Assembly (NCBI GenBank): GCA_013265495.1 | Contig: MU057930.1 | Coordinates: 1,690,057 to 1,754,056, forward strand | DNA from: Vicugna vicugna | Taxonomy: Eukaryota | DNA: 64,000 nt | Reading direction: 5' to 3' | Part shown: positions 52,594-64,000 of the stretch, in pieces | Position numbering within the stretch: the stretch's first letter is position 1 | Layout: the number at the start of each line of letters is the position of its first letter | Notes under the pieces: generated by a model | Database searches by the model: none | Seen by the model: only the letters and a program-made list of their open reading frames with translations | Told to the model about the DNA's origin: nothing | Translations under genes and position numbers: made by a program

Positions 52594-54325
52594 AGAAATA
52601 ATTACGGGGGACCCTGCAGGGAGGCCGGGCAGAGGCTCTGTTTAAGGGCTGCAGACCACCCCTCCTTCTGCCTCTCAGGTGGTCCCCCAGATCACCAGGA
52701 TATAGACGTTTCCACCGTATCGGTCGCCAGATCAGAGCTTCTCAGCAGAGCAGCGCCAGCCTTTTCCAGACGAACAACTCCAGGGGCGGACCACAGCCCC
52801 TTCTTCCCAGGCCCTCTCCATGGGACCAGCCCCAGGACGGTTCTCTAACTCAGACGCCACCATCTCTGCCTCGTTCCAGGCTTGGCACACCACCAGCCGA
52901 GGTGCTGCAGAGGTTTTGGGAGCCAGCCGGGGAAAAAATAATGAGTCCTGTCCGCTGAGTCTTAAGGAAAGCCGTGCAGTTGTGTTTGCCACGATCTGCA
53001 AAGATTTTCACTGGGTCCTGCTCACACCAGCTACGACAAACCTGGAGTCATGGGTGTGAATCATCACCTCCTCTGTGACTTCGAAACAGCGCCCAACAGA
53101 AGGATCAAGTCAGTCACAACGGATCCCAGGATGACGCCACGGTAACTAGTGCTTCCCAGAAATGCTTTTCGGGGGGTAGACCGTCATTCAGCAAAGAAGA
53201 AGGGCATGGGGGTGATGCCAACTCTTGAGCCCCAGGAGTCACCATCACTTTCTCAGTGACACTCTCCTCTCTGCAAGGGGATGACACACTTCTTGAATCA
53301 GCTTCATCTTGGCTGCCTGTATCCTTTGGGCGTGACCCGCGCAGTAACAGAGAGAATGGGTTTTGGCAAAATGATGTGAGACAGAATTGGGATTTAAATG
53401 CAGCCTCTCCCCCACCAAACCCCACCCCCCGAATGCAGCCTCCCCACCACCAACCCCCACCCCCCGCCATGCTCTCCCGGTATCTTCTGTCTTGGGTCAA
53501 GGAGGTGAGATGATTGATTGGATCATGACGTGTGTCCTGAAAGCAAAGATCATTCTGGTAGGTGGGGAAAAAAAAAAAAGTGAAGTAGGACATGACTTCA
53601 AGAGGGCAACTTTACTATTATTTTTCAAAATTTATCTTAATGCTCATCTTTCTGGCCAGATGCCAGCACCTCTTTAAAGGTAATGAATTGATTTCTGCTG
53701 TGAGAGCAATCTGAAAACATCCTTAAGATAATGGTAATTTATAGCATCGCACTGTCTCCATGAACACTATCTGATGAATGGCAGATGTGTTTCATATACG
53801 GGACTAATGGAAAAGTTCACACCCCAGACCCAGATTGGGGTGTGCACCTGTGTCCACACTGTCTCACCCCATTTACGTGACGCACTACAAAGGCTTCAGA
53901 CTTGGCATACAGACGTAAACTCCCAAACTAGGAATACATAACTTGGAACATGTACCACGTTACTATATTAATTCAACTTAGGAAAGCAGTTCCCCAAATC
54001 TAGTTAATCTGCGCCTTCCTGAAGTCCTTCTCCAGTTTGGCGTTTACTCTTGAAAAACTGGCATTTGGAGACTAATTCCTTACTGCTGTCCTTCTTATAG
54101 TAAGAAACAAAGGATTTGCCACTAGAAGTCCCCAACCCAAAAAACAACACCCCGAGAAAAGAGTGTACTGCATACCTAAACAGTGATCCTTTACCAACAT
54201 ACATACAAAAACCTCAATAAAGTATTAAAATTAATGTAAAATTAATAGTTGATGTAGTTAGTCAACTGTATCTACTGCCTATTCTGGAAAATCTAAATAC
54301 ATGATTCTCATCAATTACGAAGTCT

Positions 54326-54965
54326 AGGAGATTCCTTAAAAAACTAAAAATAGACTTACCCTGTGATCCAACAATCCCACTCCTGGGCATATATCCAGAA
54401 GGAACCCTACTTCAAAAAGACACCTGCACCCCAATGTTCATAACAGCACTATTTACAACAGCCAAGACACGGAAAGAGCCTAAGTGTCCACCGACAGATG
54501 ACTGGATAAAGGAGATGTGGTATATTTATACAGTGGAATACTACTCAGCCATGAAAAAGAATGAATTAATGCCATTTGCAGTAACATGGATGGACCTGGA
54601 GATGGTCATACTAAGTGAAGTAAGTCAGACAGAGAAAGACAAATGCCAGATGATATCCCTTATATGTGGAATCTAGAAAAAAAGATGAAGCAAATGAACT
54701 TATTTGCAAAACAGAACATGGAAAACAAAGTTACAGTTTCCAAAGGGGAAAGAAAGGGGATAAATTAGAAATCTGGGATTAACAAATACAAACTACTATA
54801 TGTTAAATAGATAAATAACAGGGTCCTACTGCACAGCACAGGGAAGTGTATTCAATATCCTATAATAGCCTATAATGGAAAAGACCATGAAAAATTAACT
54901 CAATCAGTGTGCCGAAAACCAGCAGCTAACACAACACTGTAAATCAACCCTACTTCAATAAAAAA
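54326..54965 (+). mobile_element. 5'-truncated LINE-1
   Basis: ORF 54434-54676 is the ORF2 end, followed by AATAAA and an A-tail. Confidence 0.95.
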
Positions 54966-54966
54966 G

Positions 54967-54999
<33 letters not shown>

Positions 55000-55089
55000 A
55001 CACACACACATATATATATGAATGAATGGGTTTTGTACCAAACAGAGATGGAAGGCACCTGAAAGGAACCCTCAGGCTGTGTGGGTGGT

Positions 55090-55530
55090 AACATCCCCGG
55101 CTGCCCGCCCTGAGGTGATGATGAGACATCTAGACGACGTCACTTCCGTGCGGGAGAGTGCTGTCCTACCTCTGCCTTGGGGAAGCCTGTCAACAGGTGT
55201 TTCTCAATCCATGGCACTCCTGATGTCACTGCGCATCTACTGTGACCGCCCCACTGCGACGTCACACAGGAGGAAAGAGAAGCAGAGAAAAGGAAAACTC
55301 TGGCGGAAGGGAAGACATTCTAAGAGAACGGGAGAGCTGATGACTGGGCTTGGGAAGAAGAGGGGGCAGGTGCAGGGCTGTGTCTTCTTCCCTGGATGCA
55401 GATCGGCGGTGACGGCAGGGGCGGGGGATGCACGGTAAGAGGTGTATTTTAATCCCCACGGCGCCTGGCAGTGAAGGTGGGGGGCACAAGGAGTGACTGG
55501 AACCTATAACGGAAGTCTACACGTGTGTGA
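55090..55530. promoter_or_regulatory. Candidate promoter-like patch (ETS-CRE composite, GC box)
   Basis: gacgtcacttccg (55136-55148), a second gacgtca near 55258, ggggcggggg (55418-55427) and a donor ACG|GTAAGA at 55434|55435. Confidence 0.3.
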
Positions 55531-55669
55531 TGGTCTCAGTGACAATGCTTATAACCGATAATCCTGCTCAGGTGACTAAATTCTTTGCAACGTCAGTTTC
55601 GTCCTCTGTAAAGTGAGAATGTATCTCTAAGTAAGATGATGAGGATCCCATAAAGAGGCTGTTGGTTGA

Positions 55670-55806
55670 GGGGGAGGGTGCAGCTCAAGTGGCAGAGCAC
55701 GTGCTTAGCATGCATGAAGTCCTGGGTTCAATCCCCAGCACCTCCTCTAAACAGAAGTAAGTAAATCTAATTAATTACCTCCCCTACCAAAAAATTAAAA
55801 AATAAA
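55670..55806 (+). mobile_element. tRNA-derived SINE (Vic-1-like)
   Basis: A and B boxes plus the 'aattacctcccc' tail. TSD ctgttggttga (55659-55669 / 55810-55820). Confidence 0.92.
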
Positions 55807-55944
55807 GCACTGTTGGTTGAAAATCCTTAGAAATTTATAACAGTGGACACCAGTATGAGGTGCAGTTGTCTATTTCCACCCAGTTGTACATAAAACAGGA
55901 ATTTATAGGAAAGCCAGCTGTTGTAACACCTGGGACAACAGATC

Positions 55945-56450
55945 ATCACATTTGCAGGATACACAAGCATGCTTGGGTTTCAAATATATAAACAGCTCTC
56001 ACAAAGCAATCAGAGAAAGTTCAGCTACATTATGGGAAACGGGCAAAGGGTACAGATCGTTAACAGAAAGGGATGGATTTTAAACGCATGGGCAGATGCT
56101 CACATTATCCTACTAAGTTAAGTCACAGAGGGAAAGACAAATATCGTATGATGCCACCTGCACGTGGAATCTAAAAAAATAGGACAAAATGAATTTACTT
56201 ACCAAGCAGGAAGAGACTCACAGACGTAGAAAACAGACTTATGGTTACCAAAGGGGAAAGGGGGGAAGGAGGGATAAATTAGGAGTTTGGGATTAGCAGG
56301 TACAAACAACTACATATAAAATAGATAAACAACAAGGTTTTATTGCAGCGCACAGGGAACTGTATTCAAAGTCTTGTAATAACCTCTAATGGAAAAGGAC
56401 CTGAAAAAGATTTATATTCTAATGTAAACATTACTCTGATATGCACCGGG
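55945..56450 (+). mobile_element. LINE-1 fragments (older ORF2 piece plus 3' UTR)
   Basis: 'aagacaaatatcgtatg...ggagtttgggattagcag...gcacagggaactgtattcaa'. Confidence 0.85.
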
Positions 56451-57116
56451 AACCCCCCCAAATTCACAAGACTTGCTTTACTGCAGTCTGAACCCCCATT
56501 ATCTCTGAGGTGCGCCAGGGTTTCCCTGAATGCCTTTTATTCACTGGATTTTTAACTACGGGTACAATGAAATTTCCAGGAGCAAAAACAAACGCCTGGT
56601 GGGCTGAGATGAGAAGGAATTCCGATGTGGATTTGTGGACCACACTGGCGGATGCAGTGGAAGGAGCGAGCTTGAGAAACAGTCCAAAAGAAGAAAGATC
56701 AGTCAGGATTCTATCTGACGTCATGACAAGAATGACGTGAGGAGACGTCACGGCTGGCGAGGCTGAAGAGAAAGGAGGAAAGGGGCAGACAGAACATCTA
56801 AAGAGAAAAATGAACACACGAGTCTTCCTTTCGCCAAACCATATGGACTGATGCTGCGACAAATTAAAAATTCTTCTGCAGGGTATGGTGGACCAAGGGT
56901 TTAAATGATTAAGTGCAGTGGGTGCCAATTCAAATTCACTGGAGGAGAAAAGCTGTTTGCTTGCGGAGAACACCAACCAGGCATCTAAATCCCTTGAAAT
57001 ATTGCAAGGATTCTGTACAAGGGGGACTTAACGACAACTGAATAAAAAGTGGAAACACAATTCGGGTCACTCTGCCTGGCGATCTGGGGCAGAGGTCACA
57101 TTATAAAATTGTTCAG

Positions 57117-57261
57117 TGTGGAGAGGATAGCTCAGCGGTGGAGCGCGTGCCTAGAACTCACAAGGTCCTGGGTTCCATCCCCAGCACATCATTTAAAATT
57201 TTAATTAATTAATAGAACCTAATTTCCTCCCCCACCAAATAAAACAACAAATAAAAATTTA
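57117..57261 (+). mobile_element. tRNA-derived SINE (Vic-1-like)
   Basis: Same layout as the other copies. TSD aaaattgttcag (57105-57116) / aaaactgttcag (57262-57273). Confidence 0.9.
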
Positions 57262-57373
57262 AAAACTGTTCAGAAAGACTAAGTGTCATGTAAATTGCTT
57301 GATAAAAGATAAAGCTTGCTGTATGTTAAAAGAAAAAGCCTGCTAGTTTTATTTCTTAACTGAATCTTCGTAA

Positions 57374-58197
57374 TTTTTTAATTGGAGTACAGTGGATTTA
57401 CAACGTTGTATTAGTTTCTGGTGTACAGCATAGTGATTCAATTATACACATGTTAATGTTCTTTTTCATTATAGGTTATTACAAACTATTGAATATAGTT
57501 CCCTGTGCTGTACAGTAGGTCTTTGTTGTTTATCTATTTTACATATAGTAGTTTGGATCTGTTAATCCCAAACTCCTAATTTATCCCTCCCTTCCCCTTT
57601 CCCCTTTGGTAACCATGTTTGTTTCCTATGTCTTGAGTCTCTTTCTGTTTTGTAAATAAGTTCATTTCTATCATATTTTAGATTCCACGTGGGAGTGATC
57701 TCATATGGTATTTTTCTTTCTCTGTCTGACTTACTTCATTTAGAATGATCATCTCCAGGTCCATCCATGTTGCTGCAAATGGCATTATTTCATTCTTTTT
57801 CATGGCTCAGTAGTATTCTATTGTATAAATATACCACTCTTCTTTATCCAGTCATCTGTTGATGGACATTGAGGCTATTGCCATGTCTTGGCTGTTGTAA
57901 ATAGTGCTGCTGTGAATATTGGGGTGCAGGTGTCATCCTGAAGTAGGGTTCCTTCTGGGTATATGCCCAGGAGCAGGATTCCTGGGTCCTATGGTAAGTC
58001 TATTCCTAGTCTTTTGAGGAATCTCCATACTGTTTTCCACAGTGGCTGCAGCAACCTGCATTCCCACCAGCAGAGTAGGAGGGTCCCCTTTTTCTCCACA
58101 GCCTCTCCAGCATTTGCCATTTATGGACTTTTGAATGAATGGCCATTCTGACTGGTGTGAGGTGACACCTCACTGGGGATTTGATTTGCATTTCTCT
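57374..58197 (-). mobile_element. 5'-truncated LINE-1
   Basis: ORF 58006-58209 'REMQIK...HLTPVRMA' plus a full 3' UTR. Confidence 0.95.
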
Positions 58198-59919
58198 GAG
58201 AATTTTCATATTTTTATCTCATTCCTCTATTTTACCATAAGACTCAAACCGAAGCAACAAGGGCCCCCTAGTTGCAGACACCCTCCCTCCGGTCCCCCTC
58301 CTCCTCCTCCTCCTGGCCACACCACCTGTCCACCAAGCCATCTCCAGCCATTCTTCATCGACCTCACAACTGAAATGTCCCTTTTGGGAAAGTCTGTTGA
58401 CCAAGGAAAGAGGGATTGGCAATTGAAAACTCCGATAAGGAGAAAGGAATGTCTACGGTTACCACGGGATTAAGCAGGAGCGTCTTCCCATCGGTATCCT
58501 CACTGAATTCGTACTTAAAATGTTTCCAACAAACACAGAGTCTATTCTGGGAATACTGCACTTTAAATTGCAAACACATGAGTGCATCCCTTGGGTAGAT
58601 ACAAATGGGCATGATCTTGCCTGGTAACCAAAGGCCGCCACACTGAGAGTAGAAGATGGAAAGTCTGAAGGCTGAGATACAGATCTTCTGGCAAAAGGAG
58701 TCCATGCAAGAAAAACATGAAGGTGAGGATTTTTCATGCTTCTCATGCTAAAGCTCACGTGGTAACTGAAGGGATTTCCTATTACCCACAGGCTTCTTTC
58801 CTGCTCTGAAATCACTCCTTCTGGGAGAGGAAGTAATAGACACTGAAGAGTCTTCCGCTTTGGTTAATGTGTTTCTCTGCTTTTGTATTGCTCTCAAGGA
58901 AAGAAAATGAACGGTCCCCTGCCACGGTTCTTCTGCTTAGATTAGAGCACTGGAAAGTGAACAGAGAACTTCCAACTCAACTCTCTTTCCTCTTGACTGC
59001 ATGCATGACTGTGCTTTGGGAGATCTCCATGTTAGGGTGTTTAAGGCACTTCATTTTAAGTCTCCAAAGCCTTTCGGAAAGATAAAGAGTAAAATCTGTC
59101 TCCGTCTCCTGGCTCTTGGCTTCCAGAGAAACAGGTCAGATGGAGGAACATTCCAATTATGAGTTTTCCTCATGAGGATAAAAGGAAGATGAACGATTTC
59201 ATAAAACTTCTGAAGGGGTCCTATGTGCCTGTGGTATTGAAATATTTTTTTAAAAGTGTCCAATAGTGCTGTGCTCATACATTCGAAGAATATTAATAAA
59301 CACATATTTAGCGTAGGTCATTTTCTCAAAGGTGGTCTCGCGGAAGGGAATGTTAAATTCCCATTAACATAGACTATTTAAAGAGAAAGGTCCAACGTAT
59401 CTCCATAAATCCGCTTCTGTTCCAATCCCCAACAGAAGTAGTGAAGCAAAACTGCCTTTTATAAGGTAAATGATGACACAATTTATTTTCTTTCATAGAT
59501 GACACAGAAGAGAATGGGATGAAACTAAAATTGCTTCACTAGACATAATTTTCTAGATATGCCAGGCTTCATAGTGAGAGTAAGGGTCAGGGAGAAATAA
59601 AGATACATCGGCCAAGTTTATGCCTCCATAAAGCTGAAGGAAAAAAAGGAAATACTGGCACAGATACAAATATCTACCCACTACATATTGGTAAAATATT
59701 TCAGTAAGAAAGTCCTGAAATATGTAACAAATATTCCTGGATAAATAAATAATTTCAAAATAATCTAGACGCTCTCGACTTGACAAACACCTGGGAGCAG
59801 ATTTCTGACAGTCACTTGCTTTGTGGCACATGTTTACCCTTCAAAGGTTACAAAGTATTAAAAGTTCTGAACCCATCTCACTTAAAACATCTTCCAATGA
59901 ACACATGCAACTGGATTTC

Positions 59920-60044
59920 TTTTTTTTTCCCTTTTATCCTGATTTTTTTTTAACTAATTAGACTTTACCTTTTAGAGCAGTTTCAGGTTCACAGCAGAAT
60001 TGAGCAGAAAATACAGAGTTTGCAGACAGCCCTCCCCACCCACA
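59920..60044 (-). mobile_element. Short old-type LINE-1 3' end (L1MB/MC-like)
   Basis: 'tagactttaccttttagagcagtttcaggttcacagcagaattgagcagaa'. TSD gcaactggatttc (59907-59919 / 60045-60057). Confidence 0.75.
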
Positions 60045-60244
60045 GCAACTGGATTTCAAAACAAGATTTAATAAAAAAAATCATAGGATCAAGCATACTA
60101 TCAACATTGCTATATTTTAATTTTCTGCATGATTAAAAATGCTAATAAAATAGAAAATTTACAGGCAAAAAATTAACTGCATTTTTGGGTGCAAACCAGA
60201 TTTACTATTTAGAGTATATACCTAGATTTAAATAGACTCTATTT

Positions 60245-60985
60245 GGCTGTGGAGAAAAGGGAACCCTCCTGCACTGCTAGTGGGAATGCAGTTTGGTGCA
60301 GCCACTGTGGAAAACAGTATGGAGAGTCCTCAAAAGACTAGGAATAGACTTACCCTATGACCCAGCAATCCCACTCCTGGGCACATATCCAGAAGGAACC
60401 CTACTTCAAAAACACACCTGCACCCCAATGTTCATAGCAGCACTATGTACAACAGCCAAGACACAGAAAGGACCTAAATGTCCATTGACAAATGACTGGA
60501 TAAAGAAGAGGTGGTATATTTATACAATGGAATACTACTCAGCCATAAAAAGGAATAAAATAATGCCATTTGCAGCAATATGGATGGACCTAGAGATCCT
60601 CATTCTAAGTGAAGTAAGTCAGACAGAGAGAGAAAAATGCCATGTGATATTACTTATGTGTGGATTCTAAAACAAAAGAACATAAATACAAAACAGAAAC
60701 AGGCTCACAGACATAGAATATAGACTTGTGGTTGCCAGGGGAGAAGGGGTGGGAAGGGACAGACTGGGAGCTTGAAATTTGTAGATTCTGACAGGCATAT
60801 GCAGAATAGGCAAACAAGATCATATTGTATAGCACAAGGAAATATATACAAGATCTTGTGGTAGCTCACAGTGAAAAAATGTGACAATGAATATAGGTAT
60901 GTTCATGTATAACTGAAAAATTGTGCTCTACACTGGAAATTGACACAACATTGTAAACTGACTATAACTCAATAAAAAATTTTAA
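60245..60985 (+). mobile_element. 5'-truncated LINE-1
   Basis: ORF 60293-60670 is the ORF2 C-terminus. TSD aaatagactctattt / aaatagactctcttt (60230-60244 / 60986-61000). Confidence 0.97.
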
Positions 60986-63009
60986 AAATAGACTCTCTTT
61001 ATGTTATTTTAATAGTTCAAAGTGTATGATTTTAGGCTAGAAATGACCACTCCTTCAAAAGTTTTTCCCTGCACTGACCTGGCATATATGTTGTCAGATT
61101 TTTCACTATCCAGTTTACATATTCATGTATCAAATTATGTTTCTGCGATGGATTGGAAATACAAGACAAACAACCAAAAAAACCCCAAAACTAAAACTCA
61201 TTATCCATGACAGAGTGGAAGCATTGTGCTATGAGATTTTCTTGAGAAAGAGGAACCTTTCGCAATCTTCCCCATTTCCAAAGTATCTGTGAACGTCCTG
61301 ATAACATCTTAGTTTATTCTTCTTTCTGCTTGTCATTGAACACCTGGTAAAACGGTCAACTCCCGCTCCCCTGAGCTGGTGAATGAGTGTCATAACACAA
61401 TTGGTGTCTCCTGTCTTGTACAGTTGATGTGGGTCCACTGCGCGAGTGTCTCACCCACGTGAACTGAAATTCCCTGCTACTGAAACACGGTCAATGCTGC
61501 AGGATTTGAAAGTCGATTTGTATTTCAAGTCGGTCAACTCAATTGTGACAGGATCCCAAGCAGGGCCAGATCTTCAAAAGGATCGATACAAAAGCCTAAT
61601 CTGCATTTCCTGGAAAATGCGTTATTGTTCCTTTATCAATAAATTTTACTTTGGGCATAAAATACACCATTACTCATTTTCTCCTGCACCTGGATTTCAA
61701 ACATAATTGCACTGCTATGGGACAGATCGTAGATCTACGGTGACAATAACCATTATTTATGGATTATTTAATATAGATGACGAAGCTGGCTAAGTCCAAG
61801 GAAAGGCACGGTGTTGTGTATCCCTCATAGTCACTCTGCAAATTAGCTACTGTTAAATCAGGTAACTCACATACAGCAGCTGGTGGTAAATGCACCATAA
61901 ATCTTTGAGGTCAATGATCTTACATAAAATTATGCAAATATGAAGGAGGGCATTTTGATGGGGAAAATTTAAATACCTGAATTTTAAATGAAACCCTGGC
62001 TCTAGTAATTTCTACTTAAAACACCTGTGTGTGTATTATTATAATGGCTCTTCACCATGCATTTTAAAAGATGAAACACTCTCAAATAAAGCTACAGCCA
62101 AACTCTGATTTCCCAGGAAACACTCCAATATTGATTGAAAAGTAGAAAGAGACTTGTGAAAAACCAAGAGTGTGACTCAGCGTTTCACAGAGAAATGTTA
62201 ATGAAAATATCTTCTCATCCATAACTCCAACAGTAACATAAATCCTAATTAAAATCCAACTAGCATGTGCTGTCTTGTTAAATGATGATGAACTGTCTGA
62301 GATTTCTTTGAAGTTTGAGTTGCTAGGAATAAGACTGCCTATTTAATGCCTGGAAAATAAAGCAGTCATTCTCTGAATTCTAAACTACTCTAAAGAGACT
62401 ACAGCTCTAATACAGTATTCTGCATTATCACTATCAATTGGTGTCTCCTGTCTTCTTATTCGTGTTAAGATCAGAATAAATCAGACACTGACATTGTGTG
62501 GGAACAGACTTGGGTATTCAAACCCCCTTTTTGAGAACAAGTTAAAATTTGCATGGTCCAAAACATCTTAAAAATCCAGAACTGAAATCACATTCACTGA
62601 TTACAGTATCAACACTGATGAGAAAGTGATGAGAAAGGCAGGTAGACCAGCAGGACACTCAGCACACAAAGCAGCTTTGCCCCAAAGAACTCTCCATTCA
62701 GGAAGAAAATGTTGCAGAAAGGAACAGGTGCCACAGCCCACTCTCTGTTGAAAGTATGCCATCTAGTAAGTTCCCCCTACTATTTCCCTCCCTCCACGGG
62801 CTTCACCCTCAGGGCAAGTGGGAAACACGTGCAAATTCAGGCTTCCTAGGGGCTTGAAGGTGACCGCCACCATATCTAAAAAAAATCAGAGAACAGCAAG
62901 TCTTGATGGATGAAGGAAACTGGAGTTTTTATATCCATAGGTCACCTGCCCTGGAGTGAGAAACCATTAATCCAAGTATCAACTTTATTACTATTAATGT
63001 TTTGTTTTT

Positions 63010-63605
63010 CAAGGGAGCCCTCCTCCACTGCTGGTGGGAATGCAGTTTGGTGCAGCCCTATGGAAAACAGTATGGAGATTCCTCAGAAGACTAAAAATGG
63101 ACTTACCATATGATCCAGCAATCCCACTCTTGGGCATATATCTGGAGTGAATTCTAATTTGAAAACATACATGCACCTCAGTATTCACAGCAGCACTATT
63201 TACAATGGCCAACACATGGAAACAACCTAAATGTCTATTGACAGATGACTAGATAAAGCAGCTGTGGTGTATTTATGCAATGGAATACTACTCAGCCATA
63301 AAAAAGGATAAAATAATGTTATCTGAAGGAACATGGAGGGACCTGGAGATCATCATTCTAAGTGAAGTAAGCCAGAAAGACATAGAAAAATACCGTACGA
63401 TATCACTTATATGTGGAATCTAAGAAAAAAAAAAAGGAAAAAAGGACACTATGAACTCATCTACAAAACAGAAACAGACTCACAGATATAGTAAACAATC
63501 TTATGGTTATCAAGGAAAGGGGGTGGGAAGAGATAAATTTGGGACTTTGAGATTTGCAAAGGTTAACCACTATATATAAAAATAGATAAAAAACAACAAA
63601 AAAAT
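63010..63605 (+). mobile_element. LINE-1 ORF2 end and partial 3' UTR
   Basis: Matches the L1 copies at 4489 and 60245. Confidence 0.93.
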
Positions 63606-63619
63606 CTTTTCACATACAA

Positions 63620-63985
63620 TGATCAGTTCACAAAGATAACCAAGCATGTAAAGAAAGAAACAAGAAGCCACAGATAAGACGTAACAGAAATAAGTCACTA
63701 AAACAGGATGCCCTGTGCAAATAAGAGTGCATGATAGCCCAGTTTTTTTTTTGAAAAAAAAATTTCAAAGAATTTCAAGAACTCTGCAGGGAGTGAAAAA
63801 TGATTCCAAAACAGGGTAAAAGATATCTTAAAAGATCAAGTGGAAATTCTGGATGACAGTATCCGAAGAAAAGCAAATTCAGCACAGTGGGTCAGCGTCA
63901 GACGAGATGAGAAAAAGTTGAAGAGAAAATGAGTGTATTTATGGAAAGGTGAGAAGAAATGACCCAGAATGTGTCATGGAAAGAT
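63620..63985 (+). mobile_element. Possible ancient LINE-1 ORF1-region relic
   Basis: Very A-rich, with 'gaagagaaaatgagtg...agaagaaatgacccagaatg' resembling old L1 ORF1 coiled-coil DNA. Confidence 0.4.
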
Positions 63986-64000
63986 TTTTTTTTTTAAGAT

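Noticed and set aside
55670..55745. tRNA-Ala(AGC)-like gene, also at 6321, 21240-21317, 35067 and 57117
   Set aside because: Each copy has a SINE tail, an A-rich end and TSD-like flanks, with a disrupted acceptor stem. They are SINEs, not tRNA genes.

Overview
This is mammalian nuclear DNA, most likely camelid. That inference rests on five tRNA-Ala-derived SINEs resembling Vic-1 and on the LINE-1 3' ends. I found no credible protein-coding exon, RNA gene, CRISPR array or prokaryotic system. The supplied ORFs are L1 ORF2 C-terminal remnants, stop-free readings of simple repeats, or chance ORFs. The window looks like intergenic or large-intron DNA. It holds roughly 30 5'-truncated L1 pieces, MaLR/ERVL LTRs, five ERV1-type solo LTRs, hAT DNA-transposon fossils, MIR/L2 relics and long TCTA/TCCA/CCAC arrays. 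The most interesting signals are retrotransposition footprints readable directly in the sequence. These are: a TSD-flanked, poly(A)-tailed ~500 bp piece of non-L1 sequence carrying a MIR, inserted into an LTR (8337-8831); two twin-primed (5'-inverted) L1s; a likely short 3' transduction; and a microsatellite born inside a SINE. Candidate functional sites are a minus-strand AG|GT recursive-splice-like site near 488 and two CpG-retaining promoter/first-exon-like patches (about 27.2-27.5 kb and 55.1-55.5 kb). Repeat family names come from recalled consensus motifs, not a database search, and boundaries are approximate unless TSDs are given.
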